Positions 38,554-48,500 of a stretch of DNA of 64,000 nucleotides are shown piece after piece. A program made the translations under genes and the position numbers. Position 1 is the stretch's first letter, and every line of letters begins with the position of its first letter. The notes under the pieces are model-generated. The model was not told the origin of the DNA. It ran no database searches and worked only from the letters and a program-made list of their open reading frames with translations. The stretch comes from Candidatus Kaiserbacteria bacterium. Lineage in GTDB: Bacteria; Patescibacteriota; Minisyncoccia; Phycocordibacterales; UBA2100. Location of the stretch: positions 174,706-238,705 of the forward strand of contig JACPLC010000001.1 in NCBI GenBank assembly GCA_016186695.1. Direction: 5' to 3'.

Positions 38554-40419
38554 TCAAACACTGACAATAACCGGAATTACTATCGGTCTTTTCATTGTGC
38601 GCTGGAGAAGGAAGCGGGAGACGGATTCCGCGAGGTCGTCGCGGGCGGCGTCGAGGTCGGCCGAGCGGGGGTTGCGCAGCGATGTCTCAACCGATTTGCG
38701 GATGATGAGGCGCGTCTGATCCATCAGCTCTTTGTTGTCTCGCAGATACACGAATCCGCGCGAGATGATGTCGGGCGATTTGTGCAACCGGCCGGTGCGC
38801 CTGTCGATAGTCGCGACGACGACACAAAAGCCTTCCTGTCCGAGCGCTTTCCTGTCGCGCATGAGCACGTCCGAAAGTTCGGTCACCGTGTGACCTTCGA
38901 CGACGCGCATCTCCGAAGGAGCTTTCATCGGTAGCTTCACGATCTTTTCTCCTTTTTGTATCTCGATGACAGAGCCGTTGTCGGGGATAGCGATGTTTTT
39001 CGCATTCACTCCTTGCTCTATCGCAAGGTCGGCATGTACGCGAAGCATGTAATGGTAGCCGTGAACGGGGATGAAGAATTTCGGTTTGACCTGCCGGTGG
39101 ATCCACGCGGCTTCCTCGCGGTTGCCGTGGCCGGAAGCGTGCACATCGGAAGCGTGATAGGTGATGATGTGCGCGCCCTGCCGCGAGAGATTGTCTTTCA
39201 GTTTTTGCACGGCGCGTTCGTTCCCCGGGATGACGGATGAGGAAAGGACAACGGTGTCGGTCGGCGTGAGCCGGATGTATTTGTGCGTTTTGTTGCCGAT
39301 GCGGGCGAGCGAGGCGAATTCGTCACCCTGCGCGCCTGTCGCGAGGATAATTATCTTTTCGGGGGGAAAATGTCCGAGGTCCTCGACGTTGATGACGGTC
39401 TCGTCTTTGTACTTGATGAGTCCGATCTCCCGTGCGATCTCGATGTTCGTGCGCATGCTTCTTCCGTCGATGACGACTTTCTTGCCGTACTCTTCGGCGA
39501 AATGCATGACGCGGATGAGGCGCTCGAGGTGTGAGGCGAACATCGCGACGATGAGGCGCCCAGAACTCCCGCGGATTATCCCATCGAGCGTGCGATATAC
39601 GATTGATTCCGGTATAGAGAAACCGGGCTGCCAGACATTCGTGGAGTCCATAAGGAGAAGGAGGACATTCCGCTTCTTGAAGATGGAAAATTCCTGATGT
39701 TCCTCCTCCGTCGGCTCGCCGTTCTCGTGATCGAGCTTGATGTCGCCGGTAAAGACGACGTCTCCCCACGGCGTCTCCAGTATGATGCCCATCGAATCCG
39801 GAACGGTGTGGGTCACAGAAAAGAACCGGACCGTCGCTTGCCCTAGCTTTATGGTTTCGTCGGCCTCGACTTCGCGGATATTGACCTGCGTCGACTGCGC
39901 AAATTCCTCTTGTCGCTTGCGGATCATCTTGCCGGTGAGGCGGCGTGTGTAGATCGTCGGGTTTCCGATGCGGTCGATGATGTAGGGAATGCCGCCGATA
40001 TGGTCGAGGTGGCCGTGCGAGATGAGGAGGCCGCGGATCTTGTCGCGCCGCTCTTCGAGGTAGCTCGTATTAGGGAGGATGTAATCGACGCCCGGCGTTT
40101 CCTCCTCGCGGAACTGGAAGCCGCAGTCGAGGATGAAGATGTCCCCGCCATACTCCACAGCCGTCATGTTGCGGCCGATCTCCTCGACTCCTCCGAGCGG
40201 GATGATGCGGACGGTGTCTGTTCCCGGCTCCGGTATCATGCTGCGGGCCTCGCGCGGGGCGCTCGAGCGGTGTTCGACGCGGACGCGTCCGCCGCGCCCG
40301 CCACGCGGGCGCGGCGGATACGCGCGACCGCGACCACCTCGCCCGGAGCGTCCACGTGTTGGCATGGGCTCGCGGCGGAGATGCGGCTGTGACTGGGGGT
40401 TGTTATCTGATGGATGCAT
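38554..40419 (-). CDS. rnj: Ribonuclease J with RGG-rich N-terminal extension
   Basis: PLGGVEEIGRNM; SHGHLDHIG; TGDIK; HASGH; PVHG. Confidence 0.95.
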   Translation of the reverse strand: MHPSDNNPQSQPHLRREPMPTRGRSGRGGRGRAYPPRPRGGRGGRVRVEHRSSAPREARSMIPEPGTDTVRIIPLGGVEEIGRNMTAVEYGGDIFILDCGFQFREEETPGVDYILPNTSYLEERRDKIRGLLISHGHLDHIGGIPYIIDRIGNPTIYTRRLTGKMIRKRQEEFAQSTQVNIREVEADETIKLGQATVRFFSVTHTVPDSMGIILETPWGDVVFTGDIKLDHENGEPTEEEHQEFSIFKKRNVLLLLMDSTNVWQPGFSIPESIVYRTLDGIIRGSSGRLIVAMFASHLERLIRVMHFAEEYGKKVVIDGRSMRTNIEIAREIGLIKYKDETVINVEDLGHFPPEKIIILATGAQGDEFASLARIGNKTHKYIRLTPTDTVVLSSSVIPGNERAVQKLKDNLSRQGAHIITYHASDVHASGHGNREEAAWIHRQVKPKFFIPVHGYHYMLRVHADLAIEQGVNAKNIAIPDNGSVIEIQKGEKIVKLPMKAPSEMRVVEGHTVTELSDVLMRDRKALGQEGFCVVVATIDRRTGRLHKSPDIISRGFVYLRDNKELMDQTRLIIRKSVETSLRNPRSADLDAARDDLAESVSRFLLQRTMKRPIVIPVIVSV

Positions 40420-40439
40420 ATAGTATTGAGTACTTGTTT

Positions 40440-42251
40440 TTATTCTGAAGTGCGGCTTGTAAAGAAGTTCCAGACGCGTTCGGTGTCCGTGTACCACTCG
40501 TGTACGTTGAGATACCGCTCTGATGGAGTTGTGAGAGCGCCGAGTTCGACGCCACCGAGAAGCGCGGGAACGACATAAATAAATTCGGGCGCATAGAGAA
40601 ACACAGCGGGCGTATCGTTTGCGACAAGCTCTTGCAACTGCCCGTAGAGTTTCTCGCGCTCTCGCATGCTCGTCGTTTCGCGCGCGCGCGTCAAGAGCGT
40701 GTCGGCACGGCTATTCGCGTAGAGAGCGAGATTCAATCCGGGGTCGTTGCGCTGCGAGGAGTGCCAGAAGGCGAAGAGGTCGAGCGATCGCCCCACAACT
40801 TCTCCAAAAAGTACCGCCTCATAGTTTCGCGGTCGAAGCACCACCGAGTTTAGTTCCGAAAGTGAGTAGACTTGCACGTTTACTTTGATGCCGGCTGCCT
40901 CCCACATGCTCGCGAGCATCTCTGCTGTTGCCGAAAGCTCCGGTTCGTCTGCCGTCGCGAGCGTGAATTCGAGGATAGTTTTTTTCTTCATCCAAACGCC
41001 TGCTGTCTCATCGAATGTCCAGCCTCCCCGCGAAAGAATATTTCGCGCAGCTTCCGCGATTCCTTCCGATCTCGCGTCTTCTGCCTTGCCGTCAGCAAAT
41101 GGGGCGGGCGTCGCAGGAGAAACGGTACCGAGTATTCCCGGCGGAATAGGTCCGTCGAGTGGAACGCCGTATCCTTTCAAAACCTCGTCAATAAGGCGTT
41201 CCTTGTCGACAGCAGCATCCAAGGCGGAGCGGACGGCAGGCTCCGCTAGCACCGTATTCTTGCTTTGGTTCAGGAAGACGCCAAATGTGCGCGGAAGTGC
41301 AGCGCGCGCCATAGAGGCACCATTTGTTTTGAGAGTTTCTACTGCGGAAGGCGAGACGCTTGCAATACTGTCGATCCGTCCGGCGTTAAATGCCGCGATG
41401 AGGTCATCTTCATTTGAAAAGAAAAGAAAGGTGATTGTGTTGAGGTACGGTCGCCCAAGCGCAAAGTTGTCAAATGAGGATAATTCGTAGCGCGTTGCCG
41501 AACCGGTCGAGCTCGTTTTGAGATCGTCGACGCGGTATGGTCCGCTTCCGATGGGTTTTGTGTTTAACGTATGGAACGGAAACTCTTCCGCGGACACATC
41601 ACTCCACCGCGCTTTCGGCAAGATCCCGAGTGTTGCGTTTTCAAGGAAGGGAGCGTACGCGTGGGGCAGTGTGAATAAAACGGTCACCGGATTTGGCGCC
41701 GAGACCGAGACGCCCTCCCAGTCGGCGCGTCGCGCGCTCTTGATGTCAGGGTTTTGTGCCTGCTGTATCGTGAAGAGCACATCGGCCGAAGTGAGCGATG
41801 AACCGTCGTGGAATGTCAGTCCATCGCGTAGCGTGAAAGTGTAGACGGTACCATCCTCCGAAATGTCGTAGTGATCGGCAAGATCGGGAATAAGATTCCC
41901 CTCCGGAGTTGCGCGCATGAGACCGGAATAAACCAAAGCGGTAAGGTCTTTGTCCGGCCCGGAAAGCGAAAGCAAAGGATTCACGAATCGCGCGGGGCCG
42001 ATGACACCTTCGGTGAGCGTTCCTCCATGCGAAGGAACTTGCACCGAAACTGCGCCGGTCAAACCCACGATGATGGTAAGCACACTTATGACGAGTAGTC
42101 CCGCGAGTATTGAGACGAGAAGATGTTCGCCAGGCGAAAGTGCGCGGCGCACATGCTCGTATCGCGAAAGATGTGGCACATGGCGGTGCTTGAATAACTT
42201 GGTTTTAAGGTTCTCGGTATCTCTCCGAGAGGAGTCGAAATCGGAAATCAT
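40440..42251 (-). CDS. ABC transporter substrate-binding protein, family 5 (OppA/DppA-like)
   Basis: LIPDLA..ISEDGTVYTFTLRDG..FHDG..LTSADVLFT; PIGSGPY. Confidence 0.9.
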   Translation of the reverse strand: MISDFDSSRRDTENLKTKLFKHRHVPHLSRYEHVRRALSPGEHLLVSILAGLLVISVLTIIVGLTGAVSVQVPSHGGTLTEGVIGPARFVNPLLSLSGPDKDLTALVYSGLMRATPEGNLIPDLADHYDISEDGTVYTFTLRDGLTFHDGSSLTSADVLFTIQQAQNPDIKSARRADWEGVSVSAPNPVTVLFTLPHAYAPFLENATLGILPKARWSDVSAEEFPFHTLNTKPIGSGPYRVDDLKTSSTGSATRYELSSFDNFALGRPYLNTITFLFFSNEDDLIAAFNAGRIDSIASVSPSAVETLKTNGASMARAALPRTFGVFLNQSKNTVLAEPAVRSALDAAVDKERLIDEVLKGYGVPLDGPIPPGILGTVSPATPAPFADGKAEDARSEGIAEAARNILSRGGWTFDETAGVWMKKKTILEFTLATADEPELSATAEMLASMWEAAGIKVNVQVYSLSELNSVVLRPRNYEAVLFGEVVGRSLDLFAFWHSSQRNDPGLNLALYANSRADTLLTRARETTSMREREKLYGQLQELVANDTPAVFLYAPEFIYVVPALLGGVELGALTTPSERYLNVHEWYTDTERVWNFFTSRTSE

Positions 42252-42293
42252 GGCGCGTTACACGCGCAGCGCAAACCCAGAAGGTGCGCAACG

Positions 42294-42527
42294 TTAGCTT
42301 ATTAGTAAATTGAGTACTGCCGACAAAACGAAGAGTATCGCAAGGCCAATCGTAGCATAGAAGAGGGTCTTTTCCAAACCACGGCGGGTGTGGAAACCGG
42401 AGCTGAAATTGTCGGCTCCGAAGGCGCCGCCTAGGGATGCTCCCGTGCGCTGCAGGACGACCGCGCCGATTAATAGAATCGAAAGCACGATTTGCACGTA
42501 CGGCAACACCGAAAGGAGAAAACCCAT
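42294..42527 (-). CDS. secG: Preprotein translocase subunit SecG
   Basis: Two TMs around LQRTGASLGGAFG..TRRGLEK. Confidence 0.9.
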   Translation of the reverse strand: MGFLLSVLPYVQIVLSILLIGAVVLQRTGASLGGAFGADNFSSGFHTRRGLEKTLFYATIGLAILFVLSAVLNLLIS

Positions 42528-42628
42528 CCACGCCATCCTATCATAGGTCCTTACAATAAGCAACCTTGACCTGAACGTATGTCTTCACGTATATTGTCGT
42601 CACCAGTTAGCAACTTTCACGTCACGAT

Positions 42629-42949
42629 ATGAAAAAAGAGTCCAAAAAAACAAACACCCGTGTTACACCAATCGGCGACCGAGTTTTGGTAAAGCCGTTT
42701 GAAGCGGACGATGAGAAGTCTCCTGCAGGTATCATTATTCCCGACACGGCGCAGAAGGAAAAGCCGGAGCGGGGGAAGGTGGTCGCGGTAGGGGAGGGAA
42801 AGCGGGGCGACGACAACGAACTCATTCCCGTATCGGTGAAGGTTGGCGATACCGTTATCTTTTCGAAGTACGGCTACGATGAGGTAAAGATTGGCGATGA
42901 GGACTACTACATTATCTCGGAGTCCAACATTCTCGCCATCATTAAATGA
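42629..42949 (+). CDS. groES: Co-chaperonin GroES
   Basis: PIGDRVLVK; GIIIPDTA.KEKP; VKVGD.V.FSKYG. Confidence 0.97.
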   Translation: MKKESKKTNTRVTPIGDRVLVKPFEADDEKSPAGIIIPDTAQKEKPERGKVVAVGEGKRGDDNELIPVSVKVGDTVIFSKYGYDEVKIGDEDYYIISESNILAIIK

Positions 42950-42990
42950 ATCTTCTAACCACTATCCACTAAACACTACTCACTTCTCTT

Positions 42991-44646
42991 ATGGCCGGAA
43001 AAAAAGTCATATTCGATCAGGAAGTTCGCACTTCCCTCAAGCGCGGCGTCGATATCGTCGCGGGTGCGGTGAAAGTCACGCTCGGTCCCAAGGGCCGCAA
43101 TGTCGCCCTGGGGAAATCATGGGGCGGTCCTACCATCACCAACGACGGCGTTTCTATCGCCAAGGAAATATCGCTTGAAGACAAATTCGAGGACATGGGC
43201 GCGAGCATTGTAAAAGAGGTGGCGACGAAAACGAATGACAAGGCCGGCGATGGCACCACGACCGCGGTTGTGCTTACGCAAGCGATCGTGCACGAGGGCC
43301 TGAAGCGCACGGCACTTGGTGCAAACGCGATGCTCGTGCGCCGCGGCATCGAGGCGGCGGCAAAAGACGCTGTTGAAGAACTTAAGAAAATGGCAAAGCC
43401 TATCAAGGGCAAGAGCGACATACGGCAGGTTGCCATGATCGCAGCAGAATCCGAAGAGCTTGGCAAAACCATTGCGGAGGTTGTCGAGAAGGTCGGCAAG
43501 GACGGTGTTGTCACCGTAGAGGAAGGCCAGACCACCGCCATCGACTACGAATATGTGGAAGGCATGGAGTTCGACAAGGGCTACGTTTCCGCATACATGA
43601 TAACGAATCCGGAGCGCATGGAGGCTGCGATCAAGGATGCGCCGATACTCATCACTGACAAGAAGATCTCCGGTATCAAAGAGATACTTCCGCTGTTGGA
43701 AAAAATTGCACAATCGGGCGACAGAGATCTCGTCATCATCGCCGACGACGTCGAGGGCGAAGCGCTCGCGACCTTCATCGTCAACAAACTGAAAGGCGCC
43801 TTCAACGTTCTTGCGGTGAAAGCGCCGGGTTATGGCGATCGTAAGAAAGAAATGCTGCAGGATGTCGCGATCACCGTCGGCGGGGAGGTCGTCTCCGAAG
43901 ATCTCGGAACAAAGCTTGAGAATGCCGAGCTCTCCACGCTCGGGCATGCGAATCGCGTCGTTGCCACCAAGGACTCGACGGTCATCGTTGGTGGGAAGGG
44001 GAAGAAAGCCGACATCGAAGCACGCGTCATGTCTTTGCGAAAGCAGCTTGAAAACACCGACTCGAAATTCGATCGCGAGAAATTGGAAGAGCGAATCGCA
44101 AAACTTTCCGGCGGTGTGGCGGTCATCCGCGTCGGTGCTCCGACGGAAACAGAAATGAAATATCTCAAAGACAAGATAGAAGACGCGGTGAACGCGACGA
44201 AGGCAGCGATTGCCGAGGGCATCGTTCCCGGCGGAGGAGCAGCGCTTGCGAAAGTCGCCGAGAAACTTTCAAAAAAGATAAATCCCAAGGAGCACGACGA
44301 ATACACGATTGGCTACCGGATCCTTCTCACCGCGCTTTCCGCTCCGCTCTTGCAGATCGCGGAAAACGCCGGTCGGCAGGATTCCGCGGTCGTTTTGCAG
44401 GAAGTCGTGAAGAAAGGAGGCAGCTTCGGCTTCAATGCGCTCGCCGAATCCGATGAGGAGTCAATCGTCGATATGTACGAAGCGGGCATTATCGATCCGG
44501 TGAAAGTGGCGAGAAGTGGTGTCGAAAACGCCGCCTCCGCCGCTGCCGTACTTCTCACCACAGAAGCAGCCGTCGCCGAAATCCCCGAGAAAAAGAGTAT
44601 GCCCGCAGGAGGCGGAATGCCGGGAGGAATGGGTGACATGGAGTAA
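42991..44646 (+). CDS. groEL: Chaperonin GroEL
   Basis: TLGPKGRNV; AGDGTTTA; KAPGYGDR; GGM tail. Confidence 0.99.
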   Translation: MAGKKVIFDQEVRTSLKRGVDIVAGAVKVTLGPKGRNVALGKSWGGPTITNDGVSIAKEISLEDKFEDMGASIVKEVATKTNDKAGDGTTTAVVLTQAIVHEGLKRTALGANAMLVRRGIEAAAKDAVEELKKMAKPIKGKSDIRQVAMIAAESEELGKTIAEVVEKVGKDGVVTVEEGQTTAIDYEYVEGMEFDKGYVSAYMITNPERMEAAIKDAPILITDKKISGIKEILPLLEKIAQSGDRDLVIIADDVEGEALATFIVNKLKGAFNVLAVKAPGYGDRKKEMLQDVAITVGGEVVSEDLGTKLENAELSTLGHANRVVATKDSTVIVGGKGKKADIEARVMSLRKQLENTDSKFDREKLEERIAKLSGGVAVIRVGAPTETEMKYLKDKIEDAVNATKAAIAEGIVPGGGAALAKVAEKLSKKINPKEHDEYTIGYRILLTALSAPLLQIAENAGRQDSAVVLQEVVKKGGSFGFNALAESDEESIVDMYEAGIIDPVKVARSGVENAASAAAVLLTTEAAVAEIPEKKSMPAGGGMPGGMGDME

Positions 44647-44685
44647 GGCGCGCGACGCGGCCTTACGTAGTGCGACTAGGCGATT

Positions 44686-44955
44686 TCACCTGTATGCACT
44701 GCCGCGAAAATCGATGACATCAACGAAGATCGTGCGAGCCTGTGTGTCTATGGAAAAAATTATACGCACCTTGCGGATTCGAATACGGTAGAATCCTTCC
44801 CAGGCACCTGTCAGCCGCTTGATGTTTACCGCAACGTTTTCACCCGATAGTTTTCGAACGGCTTTTCTCACAGACCCGAGCACATAATCGTCTTGTAAAT
44901 GATGATTGGCGAGAAATTTGCTCGCCCTTCTTGAAAGTGATATCTGCCAATCCAC
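44686..44955 (-). CDS. RelE/ParE-family toxin
   Basis: W.I..S.RA.K.L; IKRLTG...G.YRIR...VRIIF; ID.RG..Y. Confidence 0.8.
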   Translation of the reverse strand: MDWQISLSRRASKFLANHHLQDDYVLGSVRKAVRKLSGENVAVNIKRLTGAWEGFYRIRIRKVRIIFSIDTQARTIFVDVIDFRGSAYR

Positions 44956-44958
44956 GGT

Positions 44959-45153
44959 CTAGAATCGAGTGCGGATCGATCGCTCGGCGCGGTGTGAGGG
45001 CTTCTTATAGAGTTTTTCGATTTCCCGTTGCTCCTTTTTTGACACGAGCGGCAGGAGCATGCCTCGAATCCGAGCCATCTCTGCCTCGAGCGCTTCGTGC
45101 ACGCTTTTATGTGCCAGCCGTCGTATTTCGTTTTTCAGTGTCGTAGTAGTCAT
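44959..45153 (-). CDS. Putative antitoxin
   Basis: 64-aa ORF immediately upstream of the toxin; LLPLVSKKEQREIEKLY; TATACT promoter upstream. Confidence 0.65.
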   Translation of the reverse strand: MTTTTLKNEIRRLAHKSVHEALEAEMARIRGMLLPLVSKKEQREIEKLYKKPSHRAERSIRTRF

Positions 45154-45397
45154 AATAGTTGCAGTATAGCGTATTTAGATTGTTGTGTCATCTGAATTTC
45201 TCTAAACTGAAATACTCGTTCTCTTTGGAAAACATACATAATCTGTATCTCGCCATGGCATCTCGGCCGAGTCATGGCGACATGGGGCCCCCCTGCCTAC
45301 TGGCAGGCAGGCGTTAAAGATGCGCGATGCGCTATCTCATGGGGTTATCCCCTCGGAGTTTAGCCAAAATGTGTCGAAGTCACGCTACTATATTGAC

Positions 45398-45553
45398 GTA
45401 TGCCCGGTAGTGTAATGTGCCTTAGGCTTATACAAACCACGAAAACAAACCACGAACGTATCCAAAGTGCAATAAGTGAGACTTGGTCGCTCACGCCGCG
45501 GCAGCCATGCATGCAGGCCTGCCGCAAAGGCACATTCTACTAACCGGGTATGC
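45398..45553 (+). ncRNA. 6S-like rod-shaped RNA or structured leader
   Basis: Ends pair (gtatgcccggtag..aatgtgcctt with aaggcacatt..ctaaccgggtatgc); inner aggctt/aggcct; -10-like TATATT just upstream. Confidence 0.5.
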
Positions 45554-48500
45554 CCTCCTCTCGTGTTGCGGCAGGAGTTTTCCTGTTAGCTCCTCTTTTT
45601 TTGGCAGCGGTGCTCGTGCCGCTCCTTGCAGATGCTGCAGGCGATGTGTGTGATACGGCAAGCGAAGCGGCAAAGGGGAAGGTGACTAACGACTGCATCG
45701 CATGCATTACGGTCGTCGAGAACGGCCAACAAGTAAAGAAAGAAGTCGGTGCGATATGCAAAGTAACAGGCGGCGGTGATAAAACTGCCGCGAATTGTGT
45801 GCCCGGCACCAGCCCCACAAATCCTCCTCCCGGTACATGCAAGACGAAATATTGCGTCGGCACAAAATGTTTCGACGCAAATCTGACGACAAAGCCGACG
45901 GAAGGAAGCTGGATTCCGCAGAACACCTCGGACCTCTCGAAGCTCCACAACGACCTTTCGTGGGGAGGCGTGTCGGTGTCGCCGATTTCCTCTGATCAGA
46001 GTCCCATACCGGACAAGTCTTTCTTCGATTCCGCTCAATATTCTGGGTCGGATTTCCAAGGAGCAGACCCATTCAGTCAACCAGACGCGACATCGAAGTA
46101 TTTGCAAGATCTACAAGATCAAGTGGATCGGGCGCAGGCGAACACGCCGAATCCTTCACTCAATCAACCCGCGGAGCCGACAAATTATATTCAGGAAGCT
46201 CTCAGGCGACTGGGTGTCTCGTTTCCGGGCTTGGATGAGCAAGCTGCACAGCTCGAAGCGGTGAGCGATAAGAGTCAGCTGGAGCAGATGGCCAAGCAGC
46301 AGCCGGTTCCTACGCAGAGTACAGGCTTCACTGCATCGGAGATTGACACCAAGCCTCCTGCCGAGCCGGCATGGTTTGATTCTGCCCGCAGATGGATTGC
46401 TCAGCAATTGGGAATCGGGGCTGAGGCTGCAGTACCTAGATTGGTGCCAGACGGGAAAGGGGGTTACCGTCTAGCCCCCGGAACTAACTTTTCAGAAGCG
46501 GATAAAAATCCTCCCCGCTCTAGTGCGAATCAAATCCAAGGATTGGACGGCCCCGCCGTTTACAAGTCTACACATTATAAGAACCCCTCGGGTCTCACTG
46601 GTTCGGGAGCGAAATTTGATGATATTACAATAGCTTGCAATGCGTGTCCCATGGGAACGTCGGGCCAACTTGATTTTCTTGATAAAAGTGGAAATGTCGT
46701 CTACAGCAAACAAATGGTTGTGAAAGAGTGGGGTGACCTTCAGCCAGGAGTCGGAATTGATATTAATACACAAACTGTCCGCGATGCTCAAGCGAAAACG
46801 GGCATTCCTTTTTTGCAGGAAGGTGTCACAGGAACTACACACAGCGGAGGAGTGCGGTTCACACCCGAGGCCGTTTTTCAAGGACGAATTCCCGGTGATG
46901 GGTGGTATGCGGATCGTGCAGCCGTTCAAGTTGCAGAGCAGTACGCGAATGCGCGGAATGCGGGCTATTCTCCCGCTGAAGCCATATCGCAATTGACCAG
47001 TGGACAGGTCACCTACAAGTCGGCGTATGTTTTTGGCAGTGAAGTCCCTTCGCCATTTACGCTCGCGTCTGCAGCACCGGCGCCAAGCGACAGCTATGCG
47101 CCATCGTGGATCGCTTCGACGCCTGGCTTTATTGCTGCGAACACGGCCGGCTCACCAGATGTATCTCCGTTCTCTGCAACGTATGACATCACATCGTACG
47201 GTCCAGCCGCACCGCCTGCCAGCGAAAGTTATCTGCCATCGTGGATAGCGTCGATACCGGGGTTTGATAGCGGCGTCCCTTCTTACGTCACTCCTTTTTC
47301 GCCTAGTGCAGACATCGCCGAGTACGAACTATCGCCCGAATATTTCGGTCCGAGTGGAGCAGAAAACATTAGCGTAGTGTTGCCTGATCAATTTCCTGAC
47401 AGTTTGATGCACGGCGACACTGCTGAAGCGATGCGTCTGATCGAGGAAGGAGCTTTAGGAAAGTTGCCCGAGCCACAGATTGTTGCTCAATTGTCGGGTG
47501 GAACCACGCGGGGCATCGGCCTTTTGAGGTCAGATGCTTCAGGACTTCCTGCGAATTTCGATTCGTCCGCCTTTGATTCCGGAGTTTCTCTTACCCAGGA
47601 GGAAGTTCAGACGGCACTGGACACAGCTGAAGCCACGCGGCTTGCCGAGAGCGACGCGCTCGCTTCAGGGTTTCCAGGTCTTACTCCCCTTACTCCGCAG
47701 GAGATTTCGGATGCTTACGAACGGTATGGCAAAGAACAGGCGCGACTTGCTCTCGAAGGCTACAAGGCTCAAGACCTAGCACTCGATACTGGAAGCGGGA
47801 TAAGCTATCCGATAGATTGGGACAAACTCGCGTTCACCGACAGTGGATTCGACAAGCCGCAGGATTTTGCAGGCATAACGGCAGATGAATCCCAGCGTAC
47901 GACCCGCGATCTCGCAAATTTCACTATTGATGAGTCACAACGAACAGCTCCGTCAACACCATATGATGTCGCCGGAGTGAATGCCGATGAGTTTCAACGA
48001 ACGTCGCAGGATCTCGCGGCTATCACAGAAGACGAGTCTCAGCGAACAGCGCGGCAGGAACCAGACCTGCGAGGGATTACGGAGGATGAATCTCAACGAA
48101 CTGCTCCCCAAGAATCAAAGGTTGCCGATTTAACTAAGTGCGCAAGCGAGTCGTGTGTCGGGGGAGAGATAATAGGAGACGAAAGAAGTGTTCCTCTGAC
48201 AGATGAGCAGTTAGCCGCGAAGGTCGCGGCAGAGGAGGAACGAATTTTTAATGAAGAGCAAGCGCGACTCGCGCAGATCGTCGAGAAGGCACAAAAGGCA
48301 GGGGACGACGTTAAGGCGGCGGCGGAGAAAGTAAAAGCTGCAGGCAAAGATTTTCTTGCCGGAGGAAGCCCCCAAGGTTTAATTGATGCTGGAAATGAGC
48401 TTAAAGCGAAAGTGGCAGAATATGAGAAGGCGTACAAGGAACTGAAATCCTCGGGAGTACTCTCAAGCAGCGAACTAAAAAAAATTGATGCTGATCGAGC

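Noticed and set aside
42608-42634. CIRCE element before groES
   Set aside because: Only a partial left arm (ttagca); no GAGTGCTAA right arm
47863-48108. CRISPR-like spaced repeats
   Set aside because: Degenerate at codon third positions and in frame; these are protein repeats, and no cas genes are present
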